Of a stretch of DNA of 64,000 bases, positions 36,894 to 47,188 are shown one piece after another. This stretch comes from an uncultured Clostridia bacterium (GTDB lineage Bacteria; Bacillota; Clostridia; TANB77; CAG-465). The stretch covers positions 542 to 64,541 of the forward strand of contig CANPWO010000004.1 of the NCBI GenBank assembly GCA_947584535.1, read 5' to 3'. Under the pieces are notes generated by a model, which was given only the letters and a program-made list of their open reading frames with translations, was not told the DNA's origin and searched no databases. Every line of letters starts with the position of its first letter. Position 1 is the stretch's first letter. The translations under genes were made by a program, and so were the position numbers.

Positions 36894-39131
36894 ATGAGAA
36901 TTAAGTTGAACAAAAGATGTATTAAAAAAAGAATATTTGGAATTTTATTAGTATTTGCTATGGTTACTACAATGTATGCTACTAATATAATATCATATTT
37001 TAATAGTGTACAAGCAGTAGCTGTGCCAGCTAAATCAGTTATAGATGATAATTTTCCAGATAGTTATAAAGGGTATATAAATGAGTTAAAAAAGGCACAT
37101 CCAAGTTGGGTAATAAAGGCTTTCCATACTAATCTTGATTGGAATACTGCTGTAAATTCTGAATCATCAGGAACCTATTCAAGAGTACAAGATGAAAATT
37201 TTCCAGATGCATGGAAAAGATTAGAAAGTAGAAATAGTGGCGATTATAACGCTGGTAAATTTGTACTTGCTTCTAAGGCTGCAGTTGCATATACAATGGA
37301 TCCAAGAAACTTCCTAAATGATCAGTCAATTTTTCAATTTAGAGTAATAACAGAAAATGTTGACTCAGATACTCAAAATGCAGTAAATGAGGCTATGACA
37401 AATACACCAATGAAAAATAAAGGGTATGATGCAACTATAACCAATGGTGGAAAATCAAAAGGAGTGTCACCACTATTTTTGATTTCAAGAATTAGACAGG
37501 AAACAGGTTGCGATATAATAAATTATGATTCAATTAATGGAAGACATCCAAAATATCCTGGATATTACAATTTCTTTAATATAGGTGCATATGATAGTGC
37601 TTCTGATTCTGTTAAACTTGGTGTAGCTTATGCAAAAAAAATGGGCTGGGATACTCATGCTAAAGCTATTGCTGGTGGTATAGACTGGCTAAAGAATAAT
37701 TATATAAAATATGGACAATATACAGTATATTTCCAAAAATTTGATGTTGCAAATCCTTATGGAAATGCTAAAATGATTCTTTCTTGGCAATATATGTCTA
37801 ATATATCAGCTCCACAAGGTGAGGCGCAAATTGCTTATGAAGGCGCAGTTAGAGCTGGAACATTAAATAATAAATATACATTCTACATTCCAGTATATGA
37901 TAATATGCCAACTTATGCAGCACCTTATCCAGGACAAACAGTACAACAGTATCAAGATGATAATACAAGAATGAGAGTTAAAGCTAGTGTATATCCAGAT
38001 AAATTATATGTTCGTTCAGGCCCAGGTACAGGATATGGTATTGTATATAAACTTTCTGCTGGTGAGCAATTTACAAGAATAAAGAAAAATTTAAATGATG
38101 TATGGGATATAATAAGGCTTGATAATGGAGCAACAGGATATGTACATAGAAATTTCATAGAAGATTGTCAAATAAGAGTTAATTCATTAAAATTAAATGA
38201 ACACGATATAACAATGAAATTAAATGATACACGTAAACTAGATTATACAATAGAACCAAGTAATGCATATAACAAAGAAGTAGAATGGCAAACAAGTAAT
38301 GCAAATATTGTAAATGTATCAAATGGTAATTTAACAGCTAAAGGTGGAGGAGAGGCTACTATAACTATAAAATCAAAAGATACAGGTATAACTGATACTT
38401 GTAAGGTTAAGGTTATAGTAGATGTTGAAAATATAACTTTACCAAAAACTTCTTATAAAATGATGAATGGTAAATCATATCAAATTACTCCAATAATAAC
38501 ACCAGATAGTGCAACTAATAAAGAGTATAAAATAACAAGTGAAAATGATTCCATAATTCAAATTGACGGAAAGAATATTAAAGCAGTTGGAGTAGGTGAT
38601 ACAAAAATTACATTTACTACAGCTGACCAAAATAAATCTGTTACTGCAAATGTAAGTGTTGTTGAAGTAAAAGCAGAAGATGCGTTAAATCCTGATGAAA
38701 CAACTTTAAATGTTGATAAGGAAAAAGAAGAAATAAGTAAAATTGAGCCTGAAACAAAATTATCTGAAATAAAAGATAAAATAAAATATAATAATGAAGA
38801 ATATGATATGGTCGTCAAAGACTTAAATGGTAATGTTATAAATGATGATGGAATAATTGGAACTGGTACAACATTTAATTTAACAACAAAAGACACAAAA
38901 GATGAACTTCAAACTTATACAGTAGTTATATATGGAGATACTAGTGGAGATGGAAAAATTAGTACAATGGATTATACATTAATAAAAAATCATATAATGG
39001 ATGTTAAATCTATTAATAACACATATCAATATCAAGGAGCAGACGTAAATGGTGATGGAATTGTAAAGACAATGGATTATACATTGATAAAAAATCATAT
39101 AATGAATATTAAACATATTACAGTAAGATAA
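36894..39131 (+). CDS. secreted GH73-type N-acetylglucosaminidase (autolysin) with SH3b, two Big_2 domains and a C-terminal type-I dockerin
   Basis: 745 aa with a signal peptide. The glucosaminidase region carries ISRIRQETG and YFQKF. The SH3b domain reads LYVRSGPGTGYGIVYKL. Two Ig-like Big_2 repeats follow. The C-terminus has two Ca-binding F-hand segments, GDTSGDGKISTMDYTLIKNHIM and ADVNGDGIVKTMDYTLIKNHIM. Confidence 0.8.
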   Translation: MRIKLNKRCIKKRIFGILLVFAMVTTMYATNIISYFNSVQAVAVPAKSVIDDNFPDSYKGYINELKKAHPSWVIKAFHTNLDWNTAVNSESSGTYSRVQDENFPDAWKRLESRNSGDYNAGKFVLASKAAVAYTMDPRNFLNDQSIFQFRVITENVDSDTQNAVNEAMTNTPMKNKGYDATITNGGKSKGVSPLFLISRIRQETGCDIINYDSINGRHPKYPGYYNFFNIGAYDSASDSVKLGVAYAKKMGWDTHAKAIAGGIDWLKNNYIKYGQYTVYFQKFDVANPYGNAKMILSWQYMSNISAPQGEAQIAYEGAVRAGTLNNKYTFYIPVYDNMPTYAAPYPGQTVQQYQDDNTRMRVKASVYPDKLYVRSGPGTGYGIVYKLSAGEQFTRIKKNLNDVWDIIRLDNGATGYVHRNFIEDCQIRVNSLKLNEHDITMKLNDTRKLDYTIEPSNAYNKEVEWQTSNANIVNVSNGNLTAKGGGEATITIKSKDTGITDTCKVKVIVDVENITLPKTSYKMMNGKSYQITPIITPDSATNKEYKITSENDSIIQIDGKNIKAVGVGDTKITFTTADQNKSVTANVSVVEVKAEDALNPDETTLNVDKEKEEISKIEPETKLSEIKDKIKYNNEEYDMVVKDLNGNVINDDGIIGTGTTFNLTTKDTKDELQTYTVVIYGDTSGDGKISTMDYTLIKNHIMDVKSINNTYQYQGADVNGDGIVKTMDYTLIKNHIMNIKHITVR
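38964..39104 (+). repeat. 36-nt near-identical direct repeat encoding the two dockerin helices
   Basis: The sequence acaatggattatacatt[a/g]ataaaaaatcatataatg occurs at 38964-38999 and 39069-39104 with one mismatch. Confidence 0.9.
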
Positions 39132-39141
39132 GGGGAGAATT

Positions 39142-40635
39142 ATGAAAAAAATAATAAGAAATATAAGTTGTTTATTAATAGTTGTAATGATTATAATTTT
39201 TAACTCAAATATTTGGTCTGCAAGTATTGGAATGAGTATCAGCAAAAGCACAGCTTATGTTGGAGATAGTTTTACAGTAAGTATATCAGGTATAAATGGT
39301 AAAGTTAATATAACATCAAGTGGAAATTTATCCTTAAGTATTTCTGGTATTACATTTGTTGACGGTTCACTTACTATAAATGGAACTGCAAAAAGTGTAG
39401 GGAATGGAAGCGTTACTGTTTCACCTATTGATGTAACAACAACAGCAGCTTCACCAGAAGAAATAACTTCATCAAGTAGCGTAAATATATCAGTTTCTGA
39501 GAAAAAAACTACCAATAATAATACAAAGACTACTACAACTGCTAAAACTAATACAGCAAAAACAACAAATAATACAAGCACAAAAAGTTCAAATAATTAT
39601 TTAAAATCATTACAAGTAAGTGAAGAAGGGTTAACACCTAATTTCTTAAAAACTAAAACTAATTATTCACTTAATGTAGGATTGAAAGTTACTAATCTTG
39701 ACGTTACTGCAGTTGCAGAAGATTCTAAAGCAAAAGTTAGTGTTACAGGTAATAAAGATTTAAAAGAAGGCGATAATAATGTAGTTATTACTGTTACTGC
39801 AGAAAATGGTAGTCAAAGAACATATACAATTATTGTAAATAAATCAGATAAACCTGAAAAGTCAAATTCATATTTAGCAAATCTTATTATAAGAGATATT
39901 ACACTTACACCTGAGTTTTCTTCAGAAGTATTAGAATATGATGGTGGAGTTATAAAAACTAATGATACAACTTTAGAGATTTTTGCTTCTCCAACTAATG
40001 AAAATGCTAAAGTAGAAATTTTAGGAAATGAAAATCTAATACTTGGTGAAAATATTATTACAATAAAAGTTACTTCAGAAGATGGAACATCAACTAAAGA
40101 GTATAAAGTAAAATTTGTAAGAGAAGAAGGCGTTGTTGAAGAAGTAAATGCAATAGAAAATATTGATAATATAGAATCACCAACTCAAGGGTTTAAAGCA
40201 ATACTTAAAGATATATGGACTACAATTAAAAATAATTCTTTAATCTTACTTATGTATCTAGTTATCATAGTAGAATTTATACAGATTTTATATTTATATA
40301 ATAAATTAAGGAAAAATGAAAAAAATACTAGTGATGATGGTGATAAGAACAAAAAATCATTTGACCAATTTAATATAAAACTTGACGATAGTAAATTAGA
40401 AGAAAAACCTTTAATTGAAAGTTTACCAGATGAAAAAATTAGTTCATTATCAGAGGGATTAAGTGAGGAAAAAGTTGAATCTGAAATAGAACAGCCAAAA
40501 GAAGATTCATTTGATGAAGAAATTGAAAGAAAAGTTAGAACAATTTGGGACGAAGATAGACCTAACTTTTTGGAAAATGAAGTTAAGAATACTGAAATAA
40601 CTAAGAGAAGAAGAGGCCGGACGAAATTCAGATAA
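39142..40635 (+). CDS. cell-surface protein: signal peptide, N-terminal beta domain, T/N-rich linker, cadherin-like beta-sandwich repeats, C-terminal TM and acidic cytoplasmic tail
   Basis: 497 aa. Cadherin-like repeat starts include NNYLKSLQVSEEGLTPNFLKTKTNYSLNV and NSYLANLIIRDITLTPEFSSEVLEYDGGV. The TM reads LILLMYLVIIVEFIQILYLY. The gene starts 10 nt after the dockerin gene. Confidence 0.6.
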   Translation: MKKIIRNISCLLIVVMIIIFNSNIWSASIGMSISKSTAYVGDSFTVSISGINGKVNITSSGNLSLSISGITFVDGSLTINGTAKSVGNGSVTVSPIDVTTTAASPEEITSSSSVNISVSEKKTTNNNTKTTTTAKTNTAKTTNNTSTKSSNNYLKSLQVSEEGLTPNFLKTKTNYSLNVGLKVTNLDVTAVAEDSKAKVSVTGNKDLKEGDNNVVITVTAENGSQRTYTIIVNKSDKPEKSNSYLANLIIRDITLTPEFSSEVLEYDGGVIKTNDTTLEIFASPTNENAKVEILGNENLILGENIITIKVTSEDGTSTKEYKVKFVREEGVVEEVNAIENIDNIESPTQGFKAILKDIWTTIKNNSLILLMYLVIIVEFIQILYLYNKLRKNEKNTSDDGDKNKKSFDQFNIKLDDSKLEEKPLIESLPDEKISSLSEGLSEEKVESEIEQPKEDSFDEEIERKVRTIWDEDRPNFLENEVKNTEITKRRRGRTKFR

Positions 40636-40817
40636 ATAATGTATATTTAAAATTTCAAGAAGATGATTCCATAAAATTTTAGAATCATCTTTTTGAAATA
40701 GTTGATTTTATTTTATATATTTAGTATAATATTATTATAATATTGAACAAAATAATAAATGATGTTAAATATATAGTATAATTATTTTGTATTTTTAAGA
40801 AAAGAGGTATTGATTGT

Positions 40818-41405
40818 ATGGAAGAAAAAAAGGAAGTTAAAAAAACTACCACAAAATCAAAAGAGGTAAGTAAGAAACAAGCAAAGCCACAAGCTAAGAC
40901 ACAACCTAAAACTCAACAAACAAGAAAGCAATCTGAAAAATTAACTAAAAAAGAGAAAACTCAACTTTGTATTGTATTATTTGTTATTGTAGCTTGTATA
41001 ATAAGTATTATTTTATTTATTAATTTAAAGCCAAGTAATAAAGAAAATGATAATCCTCAAGAAAACACAGATGAAACTAATAATGTAGAAATTAATAATA
41101 ATAAAGGAGTAACAGAGGATAAACAAATAGATGACCTAAAAATCCAAAATACTCAGGTAAAGAAAGAAAATGGAATTACTTATATCTATGCAGATGTAGT
41201 AAATAACGGAAAAGAAGAACAAGGGAATTTTTATGTTTATATAAGTATGAAAGATGAAAAAGACAATGAGATAATTGGATTTGAAACAATGTTACCACTA
41301 TTAAAGCCAGGAGAAACTACAAATATTAGTGTTGGTTCAACTGATGAATTTGTAAATGCATATAAATGTACAATGACAAAAGTTGAAGAAGAAAAGAAAG
41401 AATAG
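40818..41405 (+). CDS. hypothetical membrane-anchored protein (K/Q-rich N-terminus, one TM, extracellular beta domain)
   Basis: 195 aa. The TM reads LCIVLFVIVACIISIILFI. The C-terminal domain reads ITYIYADVVNNGKEEQGNFYVYISMKD...PGETTNISV. Confidence 0.5.
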   Translation: MEEKKEVKKTTTKSKEVSKKQAKPQAKTQPKTQQTRKQSEKLTKKEKTQLCIVLFVIVACIISIILFINLKPSNKENDNPQENTDETNNVEINNNKGVTEDKQIDDLKIQNTQVKKENGITYIYADVVNNGKEEQGNFYVYISMKDEKDNEIIGFETMLPLLKPGETTNISVGSTDEFVNAYKCTMTKVEEEKKE

Positions 41406-41415
41406 AAAAAATATA

Positions 41416-41453
41416 AAAACAAGCAAGCTTTTAAATAAGCTTGCTTGTTTTTT
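41416..41453. terminator. bidirectional intrinsic terminator
   Basis: Arms aaaaacaagcaagctt / aagcttgcttgttttt. Confidence 0.8.
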
Positions 41454-42633
41454 AATCATTTTTATCTATATTTTTTAATATACCTCCAAAAACAATTAAT
41501 GAAATTGTAAGTATTATTGTTAGTACAAATAATAAAGTATAATTATAACATAAACCAACTAAAAGTAGTAATAAGAATCCTGTCATTCTTCCAAAATTTA
41601 GCCATACTTCTCTGTATGATAAAAATTCTATTTGTGAGTTATTGAAAGTTGGTTTGTTAATCACATTAAATAGTTTGATTGTATGTATCATTGATAGTAA
41701 GTTAATAATTATATTAAATATTACATAGTATAATACACTTGTGATATTATTTCTAAAAATTAAATATATTGATAATACTATAATTGGTACAATGCCTAAT
41801 ACTAGTACTAATAGCTTATCATTTTTCTTATTATATCTCTTTTTATATAAATAAGCTACAATTACTTGGAATATAGAAGTAATAGAAACTATTAATCCTA
41901 AATTTAAATCCGATTTCATAACATTATATATTAGTATAGTATTAATTGTAATTAATGCACCTGAGCTAAGTGTAAGGCCACTTAAGAAAGCAAGTACTAT
42001 AACTCTCATAGCATTTACATCTGTTTTTATCTTTTTTATTGTATCTTTTATATTAAATGAATTATGAGTTTTTTCTATAGGCTTTAGCATAAAAGAAAGT
42101 ATAATTTGGATAAATGAAATTGCTAGTATTATTAAAGCTGTGAATCTATAGTTAGTTATAGTTATCATAGAGCCTAAAAATATAGGTATTAATATATTTG
42201 TAATAGTTGATAGAAATTTCTTTCTAACTTCCATTGCAGTTCTATCTTCATTTTGTATCTTTTTTGTAAGGAAAAAGTTAAAAGGCATATAATAGAAACT
42301 AGTAGAGATACCATAAAGAATTGCTACAAGCCATAGATAGTGCATTATTTGATCGTTTAGTAATATAATTGAAAGTATATATATAAAATTAAAAATAATA
42401 CCTAATCTGTAGGATGCAATTTTAAATCTGTTTTTTATAATATACCCTACAAAAACAGAACATACAAGTAATATAAAGTATGAGAATATGTTGAAAATAG
42501 ATAAATCAACAATACTCTCTGCTGAAGTTTTTATAAAGTATGCTGTTAAAAATGGTCCTGAAAATATCTCTATAATATCTCTTAAAATATTTAAAGCTAT
42601 AATTATATTAAATTCTAATTTATTATTTTTCAT
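41452..42633 (-). CDS. polytopic membrane transporter (MFS-like)
   Basis: 393 aa with about 11-12 hydrophobic helices. No soluble domain. Confidence 0.5.
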   Translation of the reverse strand: MKNNKLEFNIIIALNILRDIIEIFSGPFLTAYFIKTSAESIVDLSIFNIFSYFILLVCSVFVGYIIKNRFKIASYRLGIIFNFIYILSIILLNDQIMHYLWLVAILYGISTSFYYMPFNFFLTKKIQNEDRTAMEVRKKFLSTITNILIPIFLGSMITITNYRFTALIILAISFIQIILSFMLKPIEKTHNSFNIKDTIKKIKTDVNAMRVIVLAFLSGLTLSSGALITINTILIYNVMKSDLNLGLIVSITSIFQVIVAYLYKKRYNKKNDKLLVLVLGIVPIIVLSIYLIFRNNITSVLYYVIFNIIINLLSMIHTIKLFNVINKPTFNNSQIEFLSYREVWLNFGRMTGFLLLLLVGLCYNYTLLFVLTIILTISLIVFGGILKNIDKND

Positions 42634-42642
42634 ATGTTTATT

Positions 42643-43365
42643 TTACTCCATTATTTCATTTAGATAATCTGATACACTGTTATATTCTTTTGTTGTAATA
42701 TTTTTTAATTCTAAAATAGAATTCTTCATACAAGCTCCACTAAAATCTTTAATCATTTCTATATCATTATAACTATCACCAATAGTGTAAATGTTATTGT
42801 TTGGTATATCTAATATGTTAGCTATTTTCTTTATAGCTTTAGATTTATTTACTTGTGGAGATATAATTTCTATTGCATTATATCTTTCTATAATATGAGT
42901 TATTATTTTATCTTTATATATAAAATTTAATTTTTCATTTACTTTTTTAGCAGTATCTAAACTACTAAATGCTTTGTGTATTTTAGTTAAATTTTTAATA
43001 ATAGGACTTTTATACATATCTTGTTTATAGTAATTTGTTAATGAAGTACAGCAAAAGAAATTATTATTATCGTATATATCTAAATTTGAAATTAAGCTAT
43101 CTTGTATACTATTTTCTATTGTATGATTTTCAATTATTTCATTTTTATTATTAATTATTGTACTTCCATGATTTATAATTAAATAATCGTACTTGATATT
43201 AAATTTATTAATTTCTTCAATTATATTTTCATATGCTCTACCAGTAGCTATTACAAATATATTATTTAACTCTCTAAATTTATTTACTTTATCTATATTT
43301 TTTTTAATATCTTTATCGTTAGTATAAAAGGTATTATCATAATCTGTTACAAAAATCTTTTCCAT
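42643..43365 (-). CDS. HAD-IIB (Cof-type) phosphatase
   Basis: The start is set at ATG 43365 (MEKIFVTDYDNTF, motif I). The segments ATGR and GDSYNDIEM (motif IV) are present. Confidence 0.75.
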   Translation of the reverse strand: MEKIFVTDYDNTFYTNDKDIKKNIDKVNKFRELNNIFVIATGRAYENIIEEINKFNIKYDYLIINHGSTIINNKNEIIENHTIENSIQDSLISNLDIYDNNNFFCCTSLTNYYKQDMYKSPIIKNLTKIHKAFSSLDTAKKVNEKLNFIYKDKIITHIIERYNAIEIISPQVNKSKAIKKIANILDIPNNNIYTIGDSYNDIEMIKDFSGACMKNSILELKNITTKEYNSVSDYLNEIME

Positions 43366-43478
43366 AATATAAGTATATAACAAATGTAAATTTACGTCAA
43401 TTGCATATATATTTTTTATCAAAAAAAGTTGTATAAAGTATTTTTTTGTTATATAATTTTACTTAAAGGATTGATAAT

Positions 43479-45245
43479 ATGAAAAACTTAATAAAACCAT
43501 TTTTGAAAGAAAATAGATTTAGAATTTTTATACAAATTCTATTTATAATGATAAATATGTATTTGCTTACATTACCTGCATCTATAATAGGAAAAATAAT
43601 AGATTTATTTTATAATTTTGATGCAAATAGAGTGGAGATTATTAATAACGTGTTTATATTAATGGCATTAAGCATTGCATTACTTATAACAAGGCTAACA
43701 TGGAAATATGTTGATACATTAATACCAAGATCATATGAAAGAATGATTAAAGATAGTATTTTTAATCACTTCTTAAAAATGAAACTTGCAGATATTCAAA
43801 AGATAAAAAATGGTGAGATAATGTCTTACTTTGTTAAAGATGTTTCAGAAGTAAGAATGGCATGTCACCATATATTTAGTTTTATACCAAGAATATTATT
43901 TACTTTTGTATTTGCAATTTATCAAATGGCAAGAAATGTTGATTTAAAATTAACATTAATTTCTCTTATACCACTTGTTATTGCAATTTTTTTGCTTGTA
44001 TGGATACGTGATAAAATAAACACAAATTATATGCTATCTCAAAAAGATTTCACTAATTTATCAGAATATTTACAAGAAAGTACAGATTCAATTAGAACAA
44101 CAAAGGCATACCAACTTGAAGATGAACAAATAGATACTTTTATATCTAAGAATAAGAAAGTAAGAAGTAGTAATAACAAGGTTAATTTCTATTCTACACT
44201 TTTAACTGTAGTACTTCATACTGCATTTGGACTAAGTTATTCAATGGCAATACTTTTTGGCTCAGACTTAGTATTAAATGGAAGTATAACAATTGGTGAT
44301 TTAGTAGCGTTTAATACATATATTGCTTTATTTATAACACCAATACAGTTTATACCAAGAGTTGTCGCAAGACTTAAAAGAGGACAAGTATCATACAAAC
44401 GACTTTCACATATGTTTGATTTTGAAGAAGAAAAAATTAGCCTGCAAGAAAGTAAAACAAATTTACTTGAAGCACCAAAAGATGATAAAAGTATAGTAGG
44501 AGATATTGTTATATCAGATTTATCATTTAATTATAAAGGATTTATTGATAAAGTATTAAATAATATAAATTTAACTATTAAACAAGGAGAGACACTAGGT
44601 ATAATTGGAAGTGTAGGAAGTGGAAAAACTACATTAATGAATTTGCTAGTAAGACTATATCAAATACCAAGAGGTAAGATAACTATAAATAATATTGATC
44701 TAAATAATATACCAGTCTCAGTACTTAGAGAAAACGTTTGTTATATAACACAAGATAATTTCTTGTTCTCAACTACTATAAAACAAAATGTAAGTCTCTT
44801 TAGAGATGTTGATGATGAAGAAGTAAAAGATAGTATTAAAAGCGCTATGATATATGATGAAATAATGAGTTTACCAGATAAAATTAATACAATAATAGGC
44901 GAAAGAGGAGTTGATTTATCTGGTGGTCAGAAGCAAAGGATTGTTATTTCAAGAGCCTTCTTAAGTAGAAGTAATTTTGTAATATTTGATGATACTTTTT
45001 CAGCCTTAGATAATAGAACAGAACAACATTTATTAAAGAATATAAAAGAACTAACTAAAGGTAAAACATGTATTATTATTTCAAATAGAATATCAGACAT
45101 AAAGCATGCAGATAAAATAATTGTTATGGATCAAGGAGAAATAGTTGAAAGAGGAACTCATAAATCTTTAATGGCACTTAAACAAAAATATTATTCATTC
45201 TATAAAGAACAAGCCATAAAGAAAGAAGATTCATTACTAAGCTAG
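43479..45245 (+). CDS. ABC exporter, fused permease/ATPase (half transporter 1)
   Basis: 588 aa. A six-helix TMD is followed by an NBD with GSVGSGKTT, LSGGQKQR and VIFDD. Confidence 0.9.
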   Translation: MKNLIKPFLKENRFRIFIQILFIMINMYLLTLPASIIGKIIDLFYNFDANRVEIINNVFILMALSIALLITRLTWKYVDTLIPRSYERMIKDSIFNHFLKMKLADIQKIKNGEIMSYFVKDVSEVRMACHHIFSFIPRILFTFVFAIYQMARNVDLKLTLISLIPLVIAIFLLVWIRDKINTNYMLSQKDFTNLSEYLQESTDSIRTTKAYQLEDEQIDTFISKNKKVRSSNNKVNFYSTLLTVVLHTAFGLSYSMAILFGSDLVLNGSITIGDLVAFNTYIALFITPIQFIPRVVARLKRGQVSYKRLSHMFDFEEEKISLQESKTNLLEAPKDDKSIVGDIVISDLSFNYKGFIDKVLNNINLTIKQGETLGIIGSVGSGKTTLMNLLVRLYQIPRGKITINNIDLNNIPVSVLRENVCYITQDNFLFSTTIKQNVSLFRDVDDEEVKDSIKSAMIYDEIMSLPDKINTIIGERGVDLSGGQKQRIVISRAFLSRSNFVIFDDTFSALDNRTEQHLLKNIKELTKGKTCIIISNRISDIKHADKIIVMDQGEIVERGTHKSLMALKQKYYSFYKEQAIKKEDSLLS

Positions 45246-45255
45246 AGGGGATATA

Positions 45256-47020
45256 ATGAAAAAGAGAAATAAAAAGAATAAGAGGAAAACATTAAAACAT
45301 GCACTTGAGATAATAAAACCTCATAAAAAAAGTATATTAATACTTGCTATATTATCACTTATAATAAATATTCTTGAACTTTCAAGACCTTATTTATTTA
45401 AGATAGTAATAGATGATTATTTAGGCAAGGGAATATATCAAAACGGTATACTAACATTAAAAATTATAGGGTTAATCTATGTAGGAGTAGTATTATTATC
45501 TAATATAATTGATTTTATTGTTAGAACTGCTACAAATGTTATGGGGGAAAATGTAGTATATAATCTTAGAAATAAACTATTTAAGTATGTAGAATATGCA
45601 AATATAAGCTTTCATGATAAAACGCCTACAGGAAAACTTTTTGTAAGAATTACAAATGATATTGAGGATATAGCAACACTTTTTAAAGATGTAATCACAA
45701 CTTCAATAAAAGATATAGTATTAATAATCGCTATAATATTCATGATGATATTTTTAAGCCCTAAATTAAGTCTAGTTGTACTTGCAATAATTCCAGTATG
45801 TTTTGCTGTGGTATTTTGTATAAATAGAGTATTAAATAGGGTATATGAAAAATCTAAAAATATAAAGACAAAACTTAATACTTTCCTTGCAGAGTCAATA
45901 TATGGTATAAAGTTAATTAAAGTATTTAATAGACAAAAAGAAAAAATAAGAGAATGTAGAAAATATACTAAAGATTATTATAACTCAAGAAAACCAACAG
46001 GGCTACTTGAAGGACTACTACCTGCAACTATGGATATATTAAAGTATTTAGGTATTACTATAATTGTTGTAGCATGTGCTAATAAATGGTTTAATATTTC
46101 ATTTGATGTTGGTTTAGTATATGTGTTTATAACATATATAGGTAATTTATTTGATCCAATTAATAGTATAATTGAAAATACAGAAACTCTACAAGAAGCA
46201 ATCGTATCAATTGATAAAATTTATGAAATACTTGACATTGAAAATGATTTGGAAGATTTAGATGATGGAATGTATATCACAGATTTAAAAGGAAAAATAG
46301 AATTTAAGAATGTATGGTTTGCTTATGAAAAAGATAATTATGTATTAAAAGATATTTCATTTACAATAGAGCCACATCAAAGTATAGCATTAGTTGGAAA
46401 GACAGGCTCACGGAAAAACTACTATTACTAATCTTATAAACCGATTTTATGATATAGATAAAGGTGAAATATTAATTGATGGTATAAATATAAAAGATAT
46501 AAATAAACGAAGTCTAAGAAAATGTGTTGGAACTGTGCTTCAAGATCCGTTTATATTTGCAAAGAGTATAAAAGATAATATAAAGTTATATAGCAATATA
46601 TCAGATGATACAGTGCAAAAAGTCTTAAGATTATCTTCTGCAGAAGAATTTGTAAATAAACTGCCAAATGGCATGAACGAAATAGCAAGTGAAAGAGGAG
46701 ATAGTTTTTCAGTAGGAGAAAAACAATTAATTTCATTTGCAAGAATATTTGCACATAATCCTTCGATATTTATTCTTGATGAAGCTACTGCAAATATTGA
46801 TACTAATACGGAGAATATGATACAAAAATCTATTGATATAATATCTAAAGAAAAAACTTCTATATTTATTGCACATAGACTTTCTACAATAGTAAATGTA
46901 GATAAGATAATTGTACTTGATCATGGTAATATTATAGAAACAGGAAATCATATAGAATTACTGAAAAAAGGTGGCTATTATAGTAATTTATATAATTCAT
47001 ACTATAATAGTTTAGGCTAA
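45256..47020 (+). pseudogene. ABC exporter half transporter 2, frameshifted inside Walker A
   Basis: Frame A ends VGKTGSRKNYYY* at 46431. Frame B continues (G)KTTITNLINRFYD...SVGEKQL...ILDEATA. The sequence ggctca[c]ggaaaaact has one extra base relative to GSGKT. Confidence 0.8.
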
Positions 47021-47188
47021 AAATAACTTGCAAAGAAATTCTTTGCAAGTTATTTTGGTTATAATTTTACTTTATATTCGCTATATATTATATAAAATAA
47101 ATCAACTGATATATAAAAAGTAGGTCTTTATTAAAAATATTAAGAGATGTAATAATTTCATAAATTAGATTATATATTATATAGTGAG

